This document shows, piece by piece, positions 42,548 to 51,403 of a stretch of DNA of 64,000 nt. A model generated the notes under the pieces. That model had not been told where the DNA came from. It searched no databases and was given only the letters and a program-made list of their open reading frames with translations. Numbering within the stretch: the stretch's first letter is position 1; the number at the start of each line of letters is the position of its first letter. The position numbers were made by a program, and so were the translations under genes. Origin of the DNA: Ilumatobacteraceae bacterium (GTDB lineage: Bacteria; Actinomycetota; Acidimicrobiia; Acidimicrobiales; Ilumatobacteraceae); the NCBI GenBank assembly GCA_044867195.1, contig JBIOUO010000009.1, positions 297 through 64,296 of the forward strand, in the 5' to 3' direction.

Positions 42548-43534
42548 TCACGCCCAACCGAGGATCAGCTCGGCCACCAAAGCGGTGCGCTCGAGCGGCA
42601 GCATGTGCCCCGCTCCGCTGATCACCTCGAGGCGGGCGACGGGCAACGACTCGGCGATCCGTGCGGATTCGCTCGCCGGGATCACGCGGTCGGCGGCACC
42701 AGCCAGCAGGAGGACCGGAACGGACAGCTCCTCGAGGCGGTCGCTCAGGTCCGTGCCGAGGAGCCGGCGGGTGAGCCCTCGCCGCCGCTCGGCCGGGCTC
42801 GCCAGACCGATCGCGCGGGCGGCGGCGACCTGGCTACGCCGAGCGTCGTCGCCGAAGTTCGCCCGCGCCAGCACGAGTCCGTGTCGCGGATGGCGGCCGA
42901 ACCGCTCGGTCAGGCCCCAGTCGAGCGCGGCGGCCTTCGCCCGCTGCAGCGGCCGATCGGCGGGTCCGCGGGCCGCGCTGTTGATCAACACGAGCGCGGC
43001 GACGCGCGCTGAGACGACGTCGGGGCGTTCGACGGCGAGACCGAGGGCGACCGCGCCCCCCATGGAGTGCCCGGCGACGACGGCGTCACGGAGGTCGAGC
43101 GTGCCGAGCACAGTTGCCAGATCGTCGACCAGCCCGCGGAACCCGAACGTCGGCGAAACCGCCGACGAGCGACCGAAGCCGCGCTGGTCCACGGCCACGA
43201 CGCGTCGCCCACCGGACACCAACCGGGCTGCCAGCGGGGCGAAGATGCTGAGGCTGGAACCATGACCGTGGAGCAGGACCACCGGCCGACCGGCCCCGCA
43301 CTCCTCGACGTGGAGGCTGCCGCCATCGGGTGTGGCGACGGCGTGAATCCGATCGGCCGGGAACGTGAAGCCGGAGTCGGCGTCCGGATCGGCTCCGCCA
43401 TCGAGCGACGACAGGACCCGGCGCTCGTAGATCACGACCCCGGCCGCGACACCGGCAAGCACCGTCGGCACGACGACCCGCCGGCGCCAAGCCCCCAGCC
43501 CGCCTGCGCGTCGCCGATGCGGCGTGATGGTCAC
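42548..43534 (-). CDS. alpha/beta hydrolase
   Basis: ORF 42548..43642. Contains VVLLHGHGSS, GHSMGG (nucleophile elbow) and a C-terminal GAGHM. Start set at GTG 43534 to avoid overlap with the upstream gene; ATG 43642 is possible. Confidence 0.85.
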   Translation of the reverse strand: MTITPHRRRAGGLGAWRRRVVVPTVLAGVAAGVVIYERRVLSSLDGGADPDADSGFTFPADRIHAVATPDGGSLHVEECGAGRPVVLLHGHGSSLSIFAPLAARLVSGGRRVVAVDQRGFGRSSAVSPTFGFRGLVDDLATVLGTLDLRDAVVAGHSMGGAVALGLAVERPDVVSARVAALVLINSAARGPADRPLQRAKAAALDWGLTERFGRHPRHGLVLARANFGDDARRSQVAAARAIGLASPAERRRGLTRRLLGTDLSDRLEELSVPVLLLAGAADRVIPASESARIAESLPVARLEVISGAGHMLPLERTALVAELILGWA

Positions 43535-43547
43535 GGCCCCGACCGGG

Positions 43548-44276
43548 TCAGCCCGGGCGCGAACCGAACGAGGTGAGATCGAGCGTGCCGGCGATGACGG
43601 ACTGGGCGACATCGGCCAGCCTCGCGTTGTGGCTGCGGGCATACGTCCGCAACTGCCGAAACGCCTGGTCCACCCCGAGGCCTCGCCGCTCGGCGATGAC
43701 GCCCTTCGCCTGCTCGATCACGATCCGGCTGTGCAACGCCTGACTGAGCTGGTCGTTGAGGACATTGGTCTCGAGCACGGCTCGGTGTTGGAGGATGGCG
43801 ATCGTGGCCACATCGGCGAGCGCCTGGGCGATGGCGACGTCGTCGGTCGTCAGCGATCCGGTCTCGGTGCGGAACAGGTTGAGCGCGCCGATGACCTGCC
43901 CGCGCAGCCGCATCGGGATCGCGTCGGCAGCGCGAAACCCGGCGCCGAGCGCGACGGAGGCGAACCGTGGCCATCGACTGTCGTCGGCGGACAGGTCGTG
44001 GTTGACGACCGGCTGACCGCTGTTGAAGCAGTCCAGGCAGGGGCCCTCCTGGGACTGCACTTCGAACAGCTCGACGACGCGCATCGCCTCGCTCGACGAG
44101 GTCATCACTCGCAGCTCGCCATCTGGCGAGGCGAGCATGATCCCCGCGGCAGCGATGTCGAGCACGCCAACGCAGCGATCTGACAGCGTCGTCAGCAGGT
44201 CGATGACGTCGAAGTCCTCGACGAGCGTGTCGGCGAGCTCGACCATCGTGCGGACGAGGACTGCTTCACGTGTCAT
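43548..44276 (-). CDS. GAF and ANTAR domain-containing protein
   Basis: 242 aa. GAF region with EGPCLDCF, and the C-terminus IEQAKGVIAERRGLGVDQAFRQLRTYARSHNARLADVAQSVI is an ANTAR domain. Confidence 0.9.
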   Translation of the reverse strand: MTREAVLVRTMVELADTLVEDFDVIDLLTTLSDRCVGVLDIAAAGIMLASPDGELRVMTSSSEAMRVVELFEVQSQEGPCLDCFNSGQPVVNHDLSADDSRWPRFASVALGAGFRAADAIPMRLRGQVIGALNLFRTETGSLTTDDVAIAQALADVATIAILQHRAVLETNVLNDQLSQALHSRIVIEQAKGVIAERRGLGVDQAFRQLRTYARSHNARLADVAQSVIAGTLDLTSFGSRPG

Positions 44277-44352
44277 GGCCAGATTCCCTCATGTCCGCTC
44301 CTGGCGTCGGCGACTACGAAGTCGCCACTGGAAGGGTAGGCCGATCGGAGGC

Positions 44353-45075
44353 TCATTGCGAGGTGCTTCCGCCGTCACGGTCGCCGAACCGCAGGCGGCG
44401 GGCGATGACGTCCCGGGAGACGTCGACGACCGAGAGGTCGTGGCGGAAGGCGTGGGCGCGCAGCCTGACGAGCGCCTCGTCCACCGACGTGCCGAGCTGA
44501 ACCGAGACCATCCCGGCGGCCTGGTGCACGACGAAGCGGAAGTTGGCGCCCGCCTCCAGATCGGCGCCGATCTGGCCGGGGATGGCGCCGGCCTGCGTCG
44601 CGACGATGGCCCGCGCGGCGATGCTGGCGACGATCACGGCGTCCGCGTGCTGGTCGTCGCTCATCGGTCCCGGCCGATCGCGGTACAGGTTGAGGGCGCC
44701 GACGCCGACTGCGCCGACCTCGACGGGGAACCCGAACACCGCGCGTGCACCAGCATCGACGGCTGCGGCCGCGAACGCCGACCACCGGGTGACCGCCGGT
44801 GTGGCGAGATCAGGTTCGGCGACCGGACGGTGTTGGCGATGGGCGTCGATGCACGGACCCTCGCCGAGTGTGAACTGCAGCTCCTCGATCAACGCGCTGG
44901 TCGCGTCGGTCGTGCACACCGAGCCGCGCGGCAGATCGTCAGCCATCAGCATGATCCCGGCGCCCGTCATCTCCGTCAACTCGGCGCAGACGACGCAGAG
45001 CCGTGTGGTGGACGGCTGGTGCGCGCCGGCGGCGTGGATCCGGGCGAGGATCCGCAACAGACGATCGTCAGGCAT
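44353..45075 (-). CDS. GAF and ANTAR domain-containing protein (second copy)
   Basis: 240 aa. Contains EGPCIDAH in the GAF part and VHQAAGMVSVQLGTSVDEALVRLRAHAFRHDLSVVDVSRDVI (ANTAR). Confidence 0.9.
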   Translation of the reverse strand: MPDDRLLRILARIHAAGAHQPSTTRLCVVCAELTEMTGAGIMLMADDLPRGSVCTTDATSALIEELQFTLGEGPCIDAHRQHRPVAEPDLATPAVTRWSAFAAAAVDAGARAVFGFPVEVGAVGVGALNLYRDRPGPMSDDQHADAVIVASIAARAIVATQAGAIPGQIGADLEAGANFRFVVHQAAGMVSVQLGTSVDEALVRLRAHAFRHDLSVVDVSRDVIARRLRFGDRDGGSTSQ

Positions 45076-45103
45076 CTCGAGGCAGCAAGCGGCGGGCTGG
45101 CCG

Positions 45104-45262
45104 CTAGGCCCGTCCGCTGCCTAACAGGCCGGTGCCGCCGGGCCCGATCAGGCAGCCGAGGAAGACGCGGGCGGCGCCGGTGACGAGCTGCCCGTGGAAC
45201 AGCTGGACAAGGCCGGCGATGACGAGGACGGCCGCGACTGCCCACAAGATGGCCGCGGTCAC
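45104..45262 (-). CDS. small hydrophobic protein (52 aa)
   Basis: VTAAILWAVAAVLVIAGLVQLF...LGCLIGPGGTGLLGSGRA. The GTG start overlaps the STAS gene stop (GTGA at 45259-45262). Contains an in-frame TTA codon. No family assigned. Confidence 0.45.
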   Translation of the reverse strand: MTAAILWAVAAVLVIAGLVQLFHGQLVTGAARVFLGCLIGPGGTGLLGSGRA

Positions 45263-45612
45263 GCCGGTGCTCCGTTCACTGGCTGATCGAACCACCCGTC
45301 GCCGTCGAGATGGGTGATCGCCAGCAGGCGCCGCACCGGCCGCCCGCAACGTCGCAACACGACCCGACCGTCAGCGCCCACCCTCTCTCGCACGCCGACC
45401 AGCACCCGGAGTCCGGTGGCATCCATGAACGTCAGCTCGCCGACATCGAACGTGATGTCGGTTCCGGGATGGATCTCGCCGTCGAGCGCGGCCTCCAGCA
45501 GCGGCGCGGTGGCGAGATCCAGCTCGCCCGAGATCCACAGCGAGCGCCGTCCACCGGTCAGTCTCCACACGGCCGAGAACCCCGCCGCGCCGGCGGGCTC
45601 GTCGACGGTCAT
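45259..45612 (-). CDS. STAS-domain protein (anti-sigma-factor antagonist-like)
   Basis: In-frame part of ORF 45259..45711, from ATG 45610-45612. Contains LWISGELDLATAPLLEAAL and DVGELTFMDATGLRVLV. Confidence 0.8.
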   Translation of the reverse strand: MTVDEPAGAAGFSAVWRLTGGRRSLWISGELDLATAPLLEAALDGEIHPGTDITFDVGELTFMDATGLRVLVGVRERVGADGRVVLRRCGRPVRRLLAITHLDGDGWFDQPVNGAPA

Positions 45613-45685
45613 CGCCGCCTCCCTTGGTCCCAGAACGAACGCCACCAAGGTCTGGGGTAACGACCGATCGAACGGTCCCTCCATC

Positions 45686-46000
45686 CTACTGCGTAGCCGG
45701 CTCCTGAGCATCTCTGTCGCCGACGCCGGCGAGCGCCGACGAGAAGGCGGCGATCGCGACCCGCGGGTCGCGATTGGGATCGCCGACGGTGGTCAGCGAG
45801 GCGCGGAACAGCTCGAGCGCACCGACGGTACCGTCCTCGTCGAGGCCGGCGTTCATGATCCGCTCCACCGACGGCAGCAGGTCGCGACGTTCGGCGATGA
45901 TGTCGTAGGCGATCCGGTTCGCCGGACCGAGCTGATCGGGCGTCGCGGACGTCAGGTAGGGGTTGTCAGGCGCCTTGGCCGGGCGCTTTCTGGTGACCAT
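45686..46000 (-). CDS. hypothetical protein
   Basis: 104-aa ORF with plausible composition. No domain recognised. Confidence 0.45.
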   Translation of the reverse strand: MVTRKRPAKAPDNPYLTSATPDQLGPANRIAYDIIAERRDLLPSVERIMNAGLDEDGTVGALELFRASLTTVGDPNRDPRVAIAAFSSALAGVGDRDAQEPATQ

Positions 46001-46130
46001 CGGTGCTCCTCGTCGGCAGGTCGTCGGCCGCCGGCGGGGTGCCGGACGGATGAGGCCCGGCCATGGTGGTCATCGGGACCTCCTCGACCGAGCAGCTCGG
46101 GAAGAGGCGTCGGGCCTGCACGGGGCAGGG

Positions 46131-46185
46131 CAACGGCCCTCCAGCCCAAGCGAGGCGACTCACCCGGAGGCTGATCCTACCTGAC
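46131..46185. repeat. conserved ~50-nt motif, copy 2 (17-nt core CCCAAGCGAGGCGACTC at 46145-46161)
   Basis: Same core and similar flanks as 41219-41274. Lies between the csp stop (46212) and the 45686..46000 gene start. Confidence 0.6.
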
Positions 46186-46211
46186 GCTCGTGCCGGCGAG
46201 CTGGACCGCGG

Positions 46212-46442
46212 TCAGACAGCGCGGACGTTCTTGGCTTCGTCGCTCTTGCGGCCCGGACCGATCTCGAACTCGACGACCTGCCCCTCGGTGAGCGTCGCGC
46301 CGGCGGGTTGCAGGTTGGACACGTGGACGAACACGTCGTCACCCTGCTCGCGGGAGATGAAACCGAACCCGCGGTCGTGGTCGAAGAACTTCACTTTGCC
46401 TTGCACAACGAAACCAACTTCTCTGTCTCGGCCGACCGACAT
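46212..46442 (-). CDS. csp: cold-shock protein (CspA family)
   Basis: QGKVKFFDHDRGFGFISREQGDDVFVHVSNL...VEFEIGPGRKSDEAKNVRAV, with RNP1/RNP2-like motifs. Start is either ATG 46442 or GTG 46406; the latter gives a canonical 64-aa Csp. Confidence 0.9.
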   Translation of the reverse strand: MSVGRDREVGFVVQGKVKFFDHDRGFGFISREQGDDVFVHVSNLQPAGATLTEGQVVEFEIGPGRKSDEAKNVRAV

Positions 46443-46800
46443 GACCGACCCACCCCAGACGGTACGGCCGTCCACGCCGAATCCTCCTTCCCGGCCGACA
46501 CCTGCCGGCGCCGGCCGGTCAGCTGACCGTCACGCCGGTGCCGGGCGCGGCGAGCAACTGCGTGCGCATCAGCTCGGTGAGCCAGCGCCGCTGCCGGTCG
46601 GCGGTCGAGCGCAATGGCCCACGGCCTCACCGACTTCGTCACCCGCCACCCGATCCGGGAGTCCCTCGTGACCTGACCTGCCGGCCCGTGAGCGCCACCG
46701 CTGCGCCGGCCTCGTGCCGGGCGCGGGGGCGATCATCGGCCACACTGTCGGGCCGCAGCGGTTCAAGCCGCGGCGGATTGGTTACGAGCACCGGCTAGGC

Positions 46801-48246
46801 ATGAACCGTTCCGTCGACAGCGAGCACGGACGCGGGCGCGGCCTCGAGCGGGCGCCGTACCAGGCGCCGAGCGTGCGCTCGGGCGCGGTCCATCGTCCTC
46901 GTCGGGTCTGGCCCGTCGCGGCCGGGTTCGTGGTCGCCGCGCTGGCGGCGATCGCCGGGGCTGTATCGCTGCGGCCTGATCGCGCGCCGAGTGAAGCGGC
47001 TCCCGGAACTGCGCCACCGACGGCTACGGTGCCGCGGCTGTCGGTTCCGTCGGCCGTCGCGCCCTCGGTGCCCGGCTTCGTGAGCACGCTGCGTGGTCTG
47101 GTCGATGGAGCGGCGACGCTGACGGCCAACGGCGAGCAAGTGACGATCGAACCGGGTGGTGCGTTCACGTGGCTGATCGCCCAAGGCACGCCGCAGATCG
47201 ACCTGGCGGCGACGAGCACCAGCGGCAGCACCACCGCGACGACGGTCGCCGTGACGGACGTGCCCGTCGCGCCGACGTATCCGGCGACCGCCGGGCTTCA
47301 CGTGCGTGGCGAGGACTGGGCGCAGCCGGCGATTCGCCAGCAGGTGATCGACCTCGCCCGCGCCGGGCGCATCAACGCCGTCGAGCTGGACATCAAGGAC
47401 GAGGCTGGGGTCATCGGCTACACCAGTTCCGTCCCGCTCGCGGCGACGATCGGCGCATCCGCCGGCCACTACGGCGCCGCGGAGAGCCTCGCCGCGCTCC
47501 ACGCCACCGGCGTCCGCGTGATCGGCCGGCTGGTCTGCTTCCTCGACCCGTTGCTCGCCAACTGGGCGTGGTCGAACGCACGGCCTGACCTGCTGGTGCT
47601 CGACGGCGCGGGGACCGCGCCGCTGGCCAACGACTACGGCGACGCGGCGTTCAGCAACCCGGCCAGTCCGGAGGTACGGCAGTACCAGATCGATCTGGCG
47701 GCCGAGGCGGTCGGCCTCGGCTTCGACGAGATCCTGTACGACTACGTCCGCCGCCCGGAGGGCGATCTGGCTGCGATGCAGTTGCCCGGGCTGCAGTCAG
47801 CGCCCGATGTCGCGATCGCCCGTTTCGTCGGCGACACCAGAACGGCCCTCGCCGCCTCCCCAGCAGCGCTGGGAGTCTCCGTGTTCGGCATCTCGGCCAC
47901 CCGCCCCGAGCCGACCGGGCAGGACATCCGGCTCCTCGCCCCGCTCGTCGACTACCTGTCACCGATGGTGTACCCGTCACACTGGTCGGCAGGCGAGTAC
48001 GGCGTTGCCGACCCGCTTCGCCAGCCCGCCGACATCGTCTCCCGCTCGGTCGCCGACTTCGAGCGGATCGCCGCCGGAAGCGACACCGCGGTCGTGCCCT
48101 GGCTGGAGGACTTCTCCGCCCGCGGCGTCAGCTACGGCCCCGCCGAGGTGCGCGCCCAGATCGACGCCGCACGCTCCGTCGGCGCCGAGGGGTTCCTGCT
48201 GTGGAATCCCGGATCGACCTACTCGGTGGATGCCCTCGACGGCTAG
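46801..48246 (+). CDS. putative glycoside hydrolase, DUF4015-like TIM-barrel protein with N-terminal membrane anchor
   Basis: ORF 46714..48246, from ATG 46801. A TM segment is followed by INAVELDIKDEAGVIGY, FDEILYDYVRRPEG and YLSPMVYPSHW. Confidence 0.75.
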   Translation: MNRSVDSEHGRGRGLERAPYQAPSVRSGAVHRPRRVWPVAAGFVVAALAAIAGAVSLRPDRAPSEAAPGTAPPTATVPRLSVPSAVAPSVPGFVSTLRGLVDGAATLTANGEQVTIEPGGAFTWLIAQGTPQIDLAATSTSGSTTATTVAVTDVPVAPTYPATAGLHVRGEDWAQPAIRQQVIDLARAGRINAVELDIKDEAGVIGYTSSVPLAATIGASAGHYGAAESLAALHATGVRVIGRLVCFLDPLLANWAWSNARPDLLVLDGAGTAPLANDYGDAAFSNPASPEVRQYQIDLAAEAVGLGFDEILYDYVRRPEGDLAAMQLPGLQSAPDVAIARFVGDTRTALAASPAALGVSVFGISATRPEPTGQDIRLLAPLVDYLSPMVYPSHWSAGEYGVADPLRQPADIVSRSVADFERIAAGSDTAVVPWLEDFSARGVSYGPAEVRAQIDAARSVGAEGFLLWNPGSTYSVDALDG

Positions 48247-48272
48247 GTCTTCTGGACGGCCGTGCCCGCGAA

Positions 48273-48334
48273 CTGGGCGGGAATCGTCTCGGATTCCGGG
48301 ACGATTCCCGCCCAGATACGGATCCCGCCCAGAT
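48273..48334. repeat. palindromic intergenic element, family A copy 2 (putative bidirectional terminator)
   Basis: CTGGGCGGGAATCGTCTCGG (48273-48292), loop ATT, CCGGGACGATTCCCGCCCAG (48296-48315), with one G-U position. An extra partial copy ATCCCGCCCAGAT lies at 48322-48334. The element sits between convergent stops (48246 and 48381). Confidence 0.85.
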
Positions 48335-48380
48335 CGGCGACGAGCTCGGCACCAGGCGCGGAGCCGCTGGGTTCCTGCCG

Positions 48381-49862
48381 TCAGCGCGTTGGCGTGGTCC
48401 GCGCGCGGCGCGGTGGTCCGTCGAGGGCCGCGTCTCGTGGGTCCGGTGGGATCTGGATCCCCCACTTGCTGGCGATGCGGGGGTCGATCGTCAGGCCGCG
48501 TTCGCTCCATCGGGCCTGGGTGATGAACGCCCGCAACGCGTACCTCGTCACCCGTCGTGACAGCAGCCCGATCGATGCGCGGCCGACCGCTCTCGTCCGG
48601 GCGCGCGCCGTCCACCGCTCGATCACGCGCCTGTCGTTCAGCACCAGCTCGACGTACCCTCCCTCCTCGATGTCCAGCCAGTTGGCGTGCTCGGCGCCGA
48701 TCAGGTAGCGGGCGACGAATGCCGGCGCACGTTGCAGCGGTTGGGGCAGCGGGTAGGCGAGCTCCTGCATCAGCGCCTTCGCCATCCGCCGTCCGGCATC
48801 GCTGGGGTGTTGCAGCTGCTCGGCCAGGTAGTCGTATGCGGCGTCCATGTCGATCGTGTTCATCGGCAGCTGCCGGTTGCCGGTCCATGCCTGGGTGCGC
48901 CTGTTGATCCCGACCTGCTCGAACGACCGCTCGTCTCCGATGCCGAGATGCCAGCCGACGACGTTCCACAGGAAGTGGAACGCCTCGCGGTCCTTCTTCG
49001 TGGGGGCGACGCCGAGCCGCTCGAGGGCGCGGAGGACGACCGTGGTGAACGTGCCCAGCGTGGCGAGGAGATCCTGCTGGTTGAGTGGTGGCTGATCACG
49101 GCCCTCCAGCCCGATCGTCCGCAGCCGCGCGTCCCAGACCGTGGGCGGCGGCTCGTCCTCGCTCCGCCGGCGCAGCGACGCCAGCCCGATCTCCGTCGTG
49201 TCGAGCAGCATCCATCTGATCGCGGCATGCGTGAGCCGGACCCGGCGCGCCGCCCGCGCGCCGAACTCGCCGCTGTGCAGGCTCGTTCGCTTCAGCTGCC
49301 AGAGGTCGGGCGTCGGGCTCAACACGTTGACCAGGAACTGGCCGGTCTCCTGGATGCGGCGGGTCCAGTTGCGGAACAGCTCGCCGGTGAGATCGAGTGC
49401 CTGGACGCCGCGCTGCCCAAGGTATGCCTCGGGCAGTGAGGCGTGGAACAGGGCGGTGAGGATGGCCACACCGTTGTCGTCGAAGTAGGCCTGGGCGTGC
49501 TTGATGAGGTCGATGTTCTCGGTGACGATCTCGTCGAGGTCGGCGCCCTCGGTGAGGAAGTCGCGGATCGGCTCGAGGGCGCGGTCGACAGGTTTGGCGA
49601 TCTCGGCGAGGACGTACGGGAGCAACGTGCGGCGGTCCACGGTCGCCATACCGTCAGGTCCGGCGCCCCCTCTCGTCACCGTGCTGATGACGGCAGCGGC
49701 GGTGTCGTCGCCGGCATTGGCGAGGGCGTCGAGGTGCGCGGTGACCGCCTTCGTCACGGCGTCCATGACGTCAGCGGCCGTCTCGTCGCCGGCGCGTGCG
49801 AGCGTGTCGAGGCGCTTCGCCGCGCGCACCGAGAGTTCGGAGGGGCGTTCAGGTGCGGCCAT
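48381..49862 (-). CDS. oxygenase MpaB-family (DUF2236) protein with ~110-aa N-terminal extension
   Basis: 493 aa with LFHASLPEAYLGQRGVQAL, VRLTHAAIRWML, PPLNQQDLLATLGTFT and FLWNVVGWHLGI, which are DUF2236 landmarks. The start lies 2 nt after the upstream gene stop. Confidence 0.75.
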   Translation of the reverse strand: MAAPERPSELSVRAAKRLDTLARAGDETAADVMDAVTKAVTAHLDALANAGDDTAAAVISTVTRGGAGPDGMATVDRRTLLPYVLAEIAKPVDRALEPIRDFLTEGADLDEIVTENIDLIKHAQAYFDDNGVAILTALFHASLPEAYLGQRGVQALDLTGELFRNWTRRIQETGQFLVNVLSPTPDLWQLKRTSLHSGEFGARAARRVRLTHAAIRWMLLDTTEIGLASLRRRSEDEPPPTVWDARLRTIGLEGRDQPPLNQQDLLATLGTFTTVVLRALERLGVAPTKKDREAFHFLWNVVGWHLGIGDERSFEQVGINRRTQAWTGNRQLPMNTIDMDAAYDYLAEQLQHPSDAGRRMAKALMQELAYPLPQPLQRAPAFVARYLIGAEHANWLDIEEGGYVELVLNDRRVIERWTARARTRAVGRASIGLLSRRVTRYALRAFITQARWSERGLTIDPRIASKWGIQIPPDPRDAALDGPPRRARTTPTR

Positions 49863-49864
49863 GG

Positions 49865-51118
49865 CTACACGCTCTCCGCCGCGACCGCCGCGACCGCCGC
49901 GACCGCCGCGTCCGGGGAGGCCGGCTCGCCCACCCGACCGAGGTCGTACAGCGCGGAGACCTGTTGGCGTGAGCGGAACACGTTAGCGATGAAGTTCAAC
50001 CGCTCCGGCAGCCGGAGCCAGTTGTCCACCGACGTGTGCGCGCCTTGGCCCGCGGAGCGGTCGTGCAGCTGCCACTCGGCCCAGAGTCTGGCGTCGTCGA
50101 TCACCTGCAGGTGGTACGGGAAGAAGTCGCCATCCGCGTAGCGGTCCTGGTCCTCGTCTGGTTGGTCCTCGCGCAGCACGGGGTGAGCGGGCGGCGGCAG
50201 CGGCAGGTCGAGGCCGAAGCGCAGATCCTCGGCGCCGAGGATCAGCGAGTACACGTAGCGCGTGGCGGCGATCTCGAACCCTCTGTCCAGCACGTCGAGA
50301 TGGTCCTTGACTCGGACGTAGGCACGCGTGACGGCGTTCGAGACCAGCGTCGGGCGACCCGTCCAGCGGGTGATCAGCTTGAGGCGCAGTGCCAGCGGCA
50401 GGTAGCGCAGGTTGCGCTCCAGCACGGGCTGGAGGCGCCGTTGCTCATAGGCCACCAGCCGAAGGTTGCCGAGCAGGATCAGCTCGGCACGTCGCTTGCG
50501 GCCGGCGTCGATGTCGCGATCGCCGCCGGGGTTGACCGTCGGGAACGTCGAGAGTCCCGACCAGAGCACCTCGAAGTACGGGATCAGCGCGTCCTGCAAC
50601 AGCTTGACGTCCGGTGCTCCCAACAGGGTCGTCGAGCTTCCGGCCAGCTGCGCGGCGTCGCCCTTCAGGCGTGCGGTGACGCACTTCCACGCGCCCATCC
50701 AGTCTGGATGGTCGCTCTGCTCCCGCGCCCTCGCGGTCGCCTCGAGCAGCGCCCACATCGCCGCACCTGTCTCGCCGAAGATCGCTGCCTGGCCGATCGC
50801 GATGTTGCGGGCGATCACGCCCGGATCCGGGAGCAACGCGTCGCTGATCCCGTCATACAGCCGGCGCAGCGGTCGCCGCGTCGACGCGCCCGGGTCGACG
50901 TCCACACGGAGCGTGCGCGAGGTCCACGCCGCAAATGTCGCGAACGTGGCGTTCTCCGGCTCCTGGTCGGCATGCAGGAACCGGCCGAGGGCGACCGACA
51001 GCTCGCCGTACCCCTTCTCGATCAACGAGTTCGCCTGGCGGGGATCGGTCGCCGCGAGGGATGGCGCCAGCGCCATCGTCGCGGGGAACGCCTGGACGGC
51101 CTCGGTGAAGCTGATCAT
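49865..51118 (-). CDS. hypothetical protein (417 aa), first gene of the operon with the MpaB-like gene
   Basis: Long ORF with good composition. The C-terminus carries an (AAV)x3 repeat encoded by (GCGACCGCC)x3 at 49881-49907. No family confidently recognised. Confidence 0.6.
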   Translation of the reverse strand: MISFTEAVQAFPATMALAPSLAATDPRQANSLIEKGYGELSVALGRFLHADQEPENATFATFAAWTSRTLRVDVDPGASTRRPLRRLYDGISDALLPDPGVIARNIAIGQAAIFGETGAAMWALLEATARAREQSDHPDWMGAWKCVTARLKGDAAQLAGSSTTLLGAPDVKLLQDALIPYFEVLWSGLSTFPTVNPGGDRDIDAGRKRRAELILLGNLRLVAYEQRRLQPVLERNLRYLPLALRLKLITRWTGRPTLVSNAVTRAYVRVKDHLDVLDRGFEIAATRYVYSLILGAEDLRFGLDLPLPPPAHPVLREDQPDEDQDRYADGDFFPYHLQVIDDARLWAEWQLHDRSAGQGAHTSVDNWLRLPERLNFIANVFRSRQQVSALYDLGRVGEPASPDAAVAAVAAVAAESV

Positions 51119-51403
51119 CGCAACCGTCCGGCGTGCAGTCGGTCGTCACTCGCGGCGGGTTGTGGCACGGGCACCTCCGGTCTCCCTCAGCTCCTTGGTC
51201 CAGCCACGGCGCACTCGATGCGGAGGTCTCCGCCGCAAGGCTGCGATCGGCGACCTGGCGTCGTCGGCGAGCGCGCTCGCCGGCACATCGTCGCACATCG
51301 GGGCGGCGACGAGCTGCGCTTTGCGCCACCGAGCGTTCGTCCGCAGAACGGTCAGGTCCGCCACGCCCGACGGTGCCTACGCTGTCACCGACAGGGAGTC
51401 GCG

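Noticed and set aside
50036-51403. 456-codon upstream extension of the cyclase ORF (50036..54166)
   Set aside because: It is antisense to the 49865..51118 gene. The cyclase domain begins right after GTG 51404, which has an AGGGAG ribosome-binding site.
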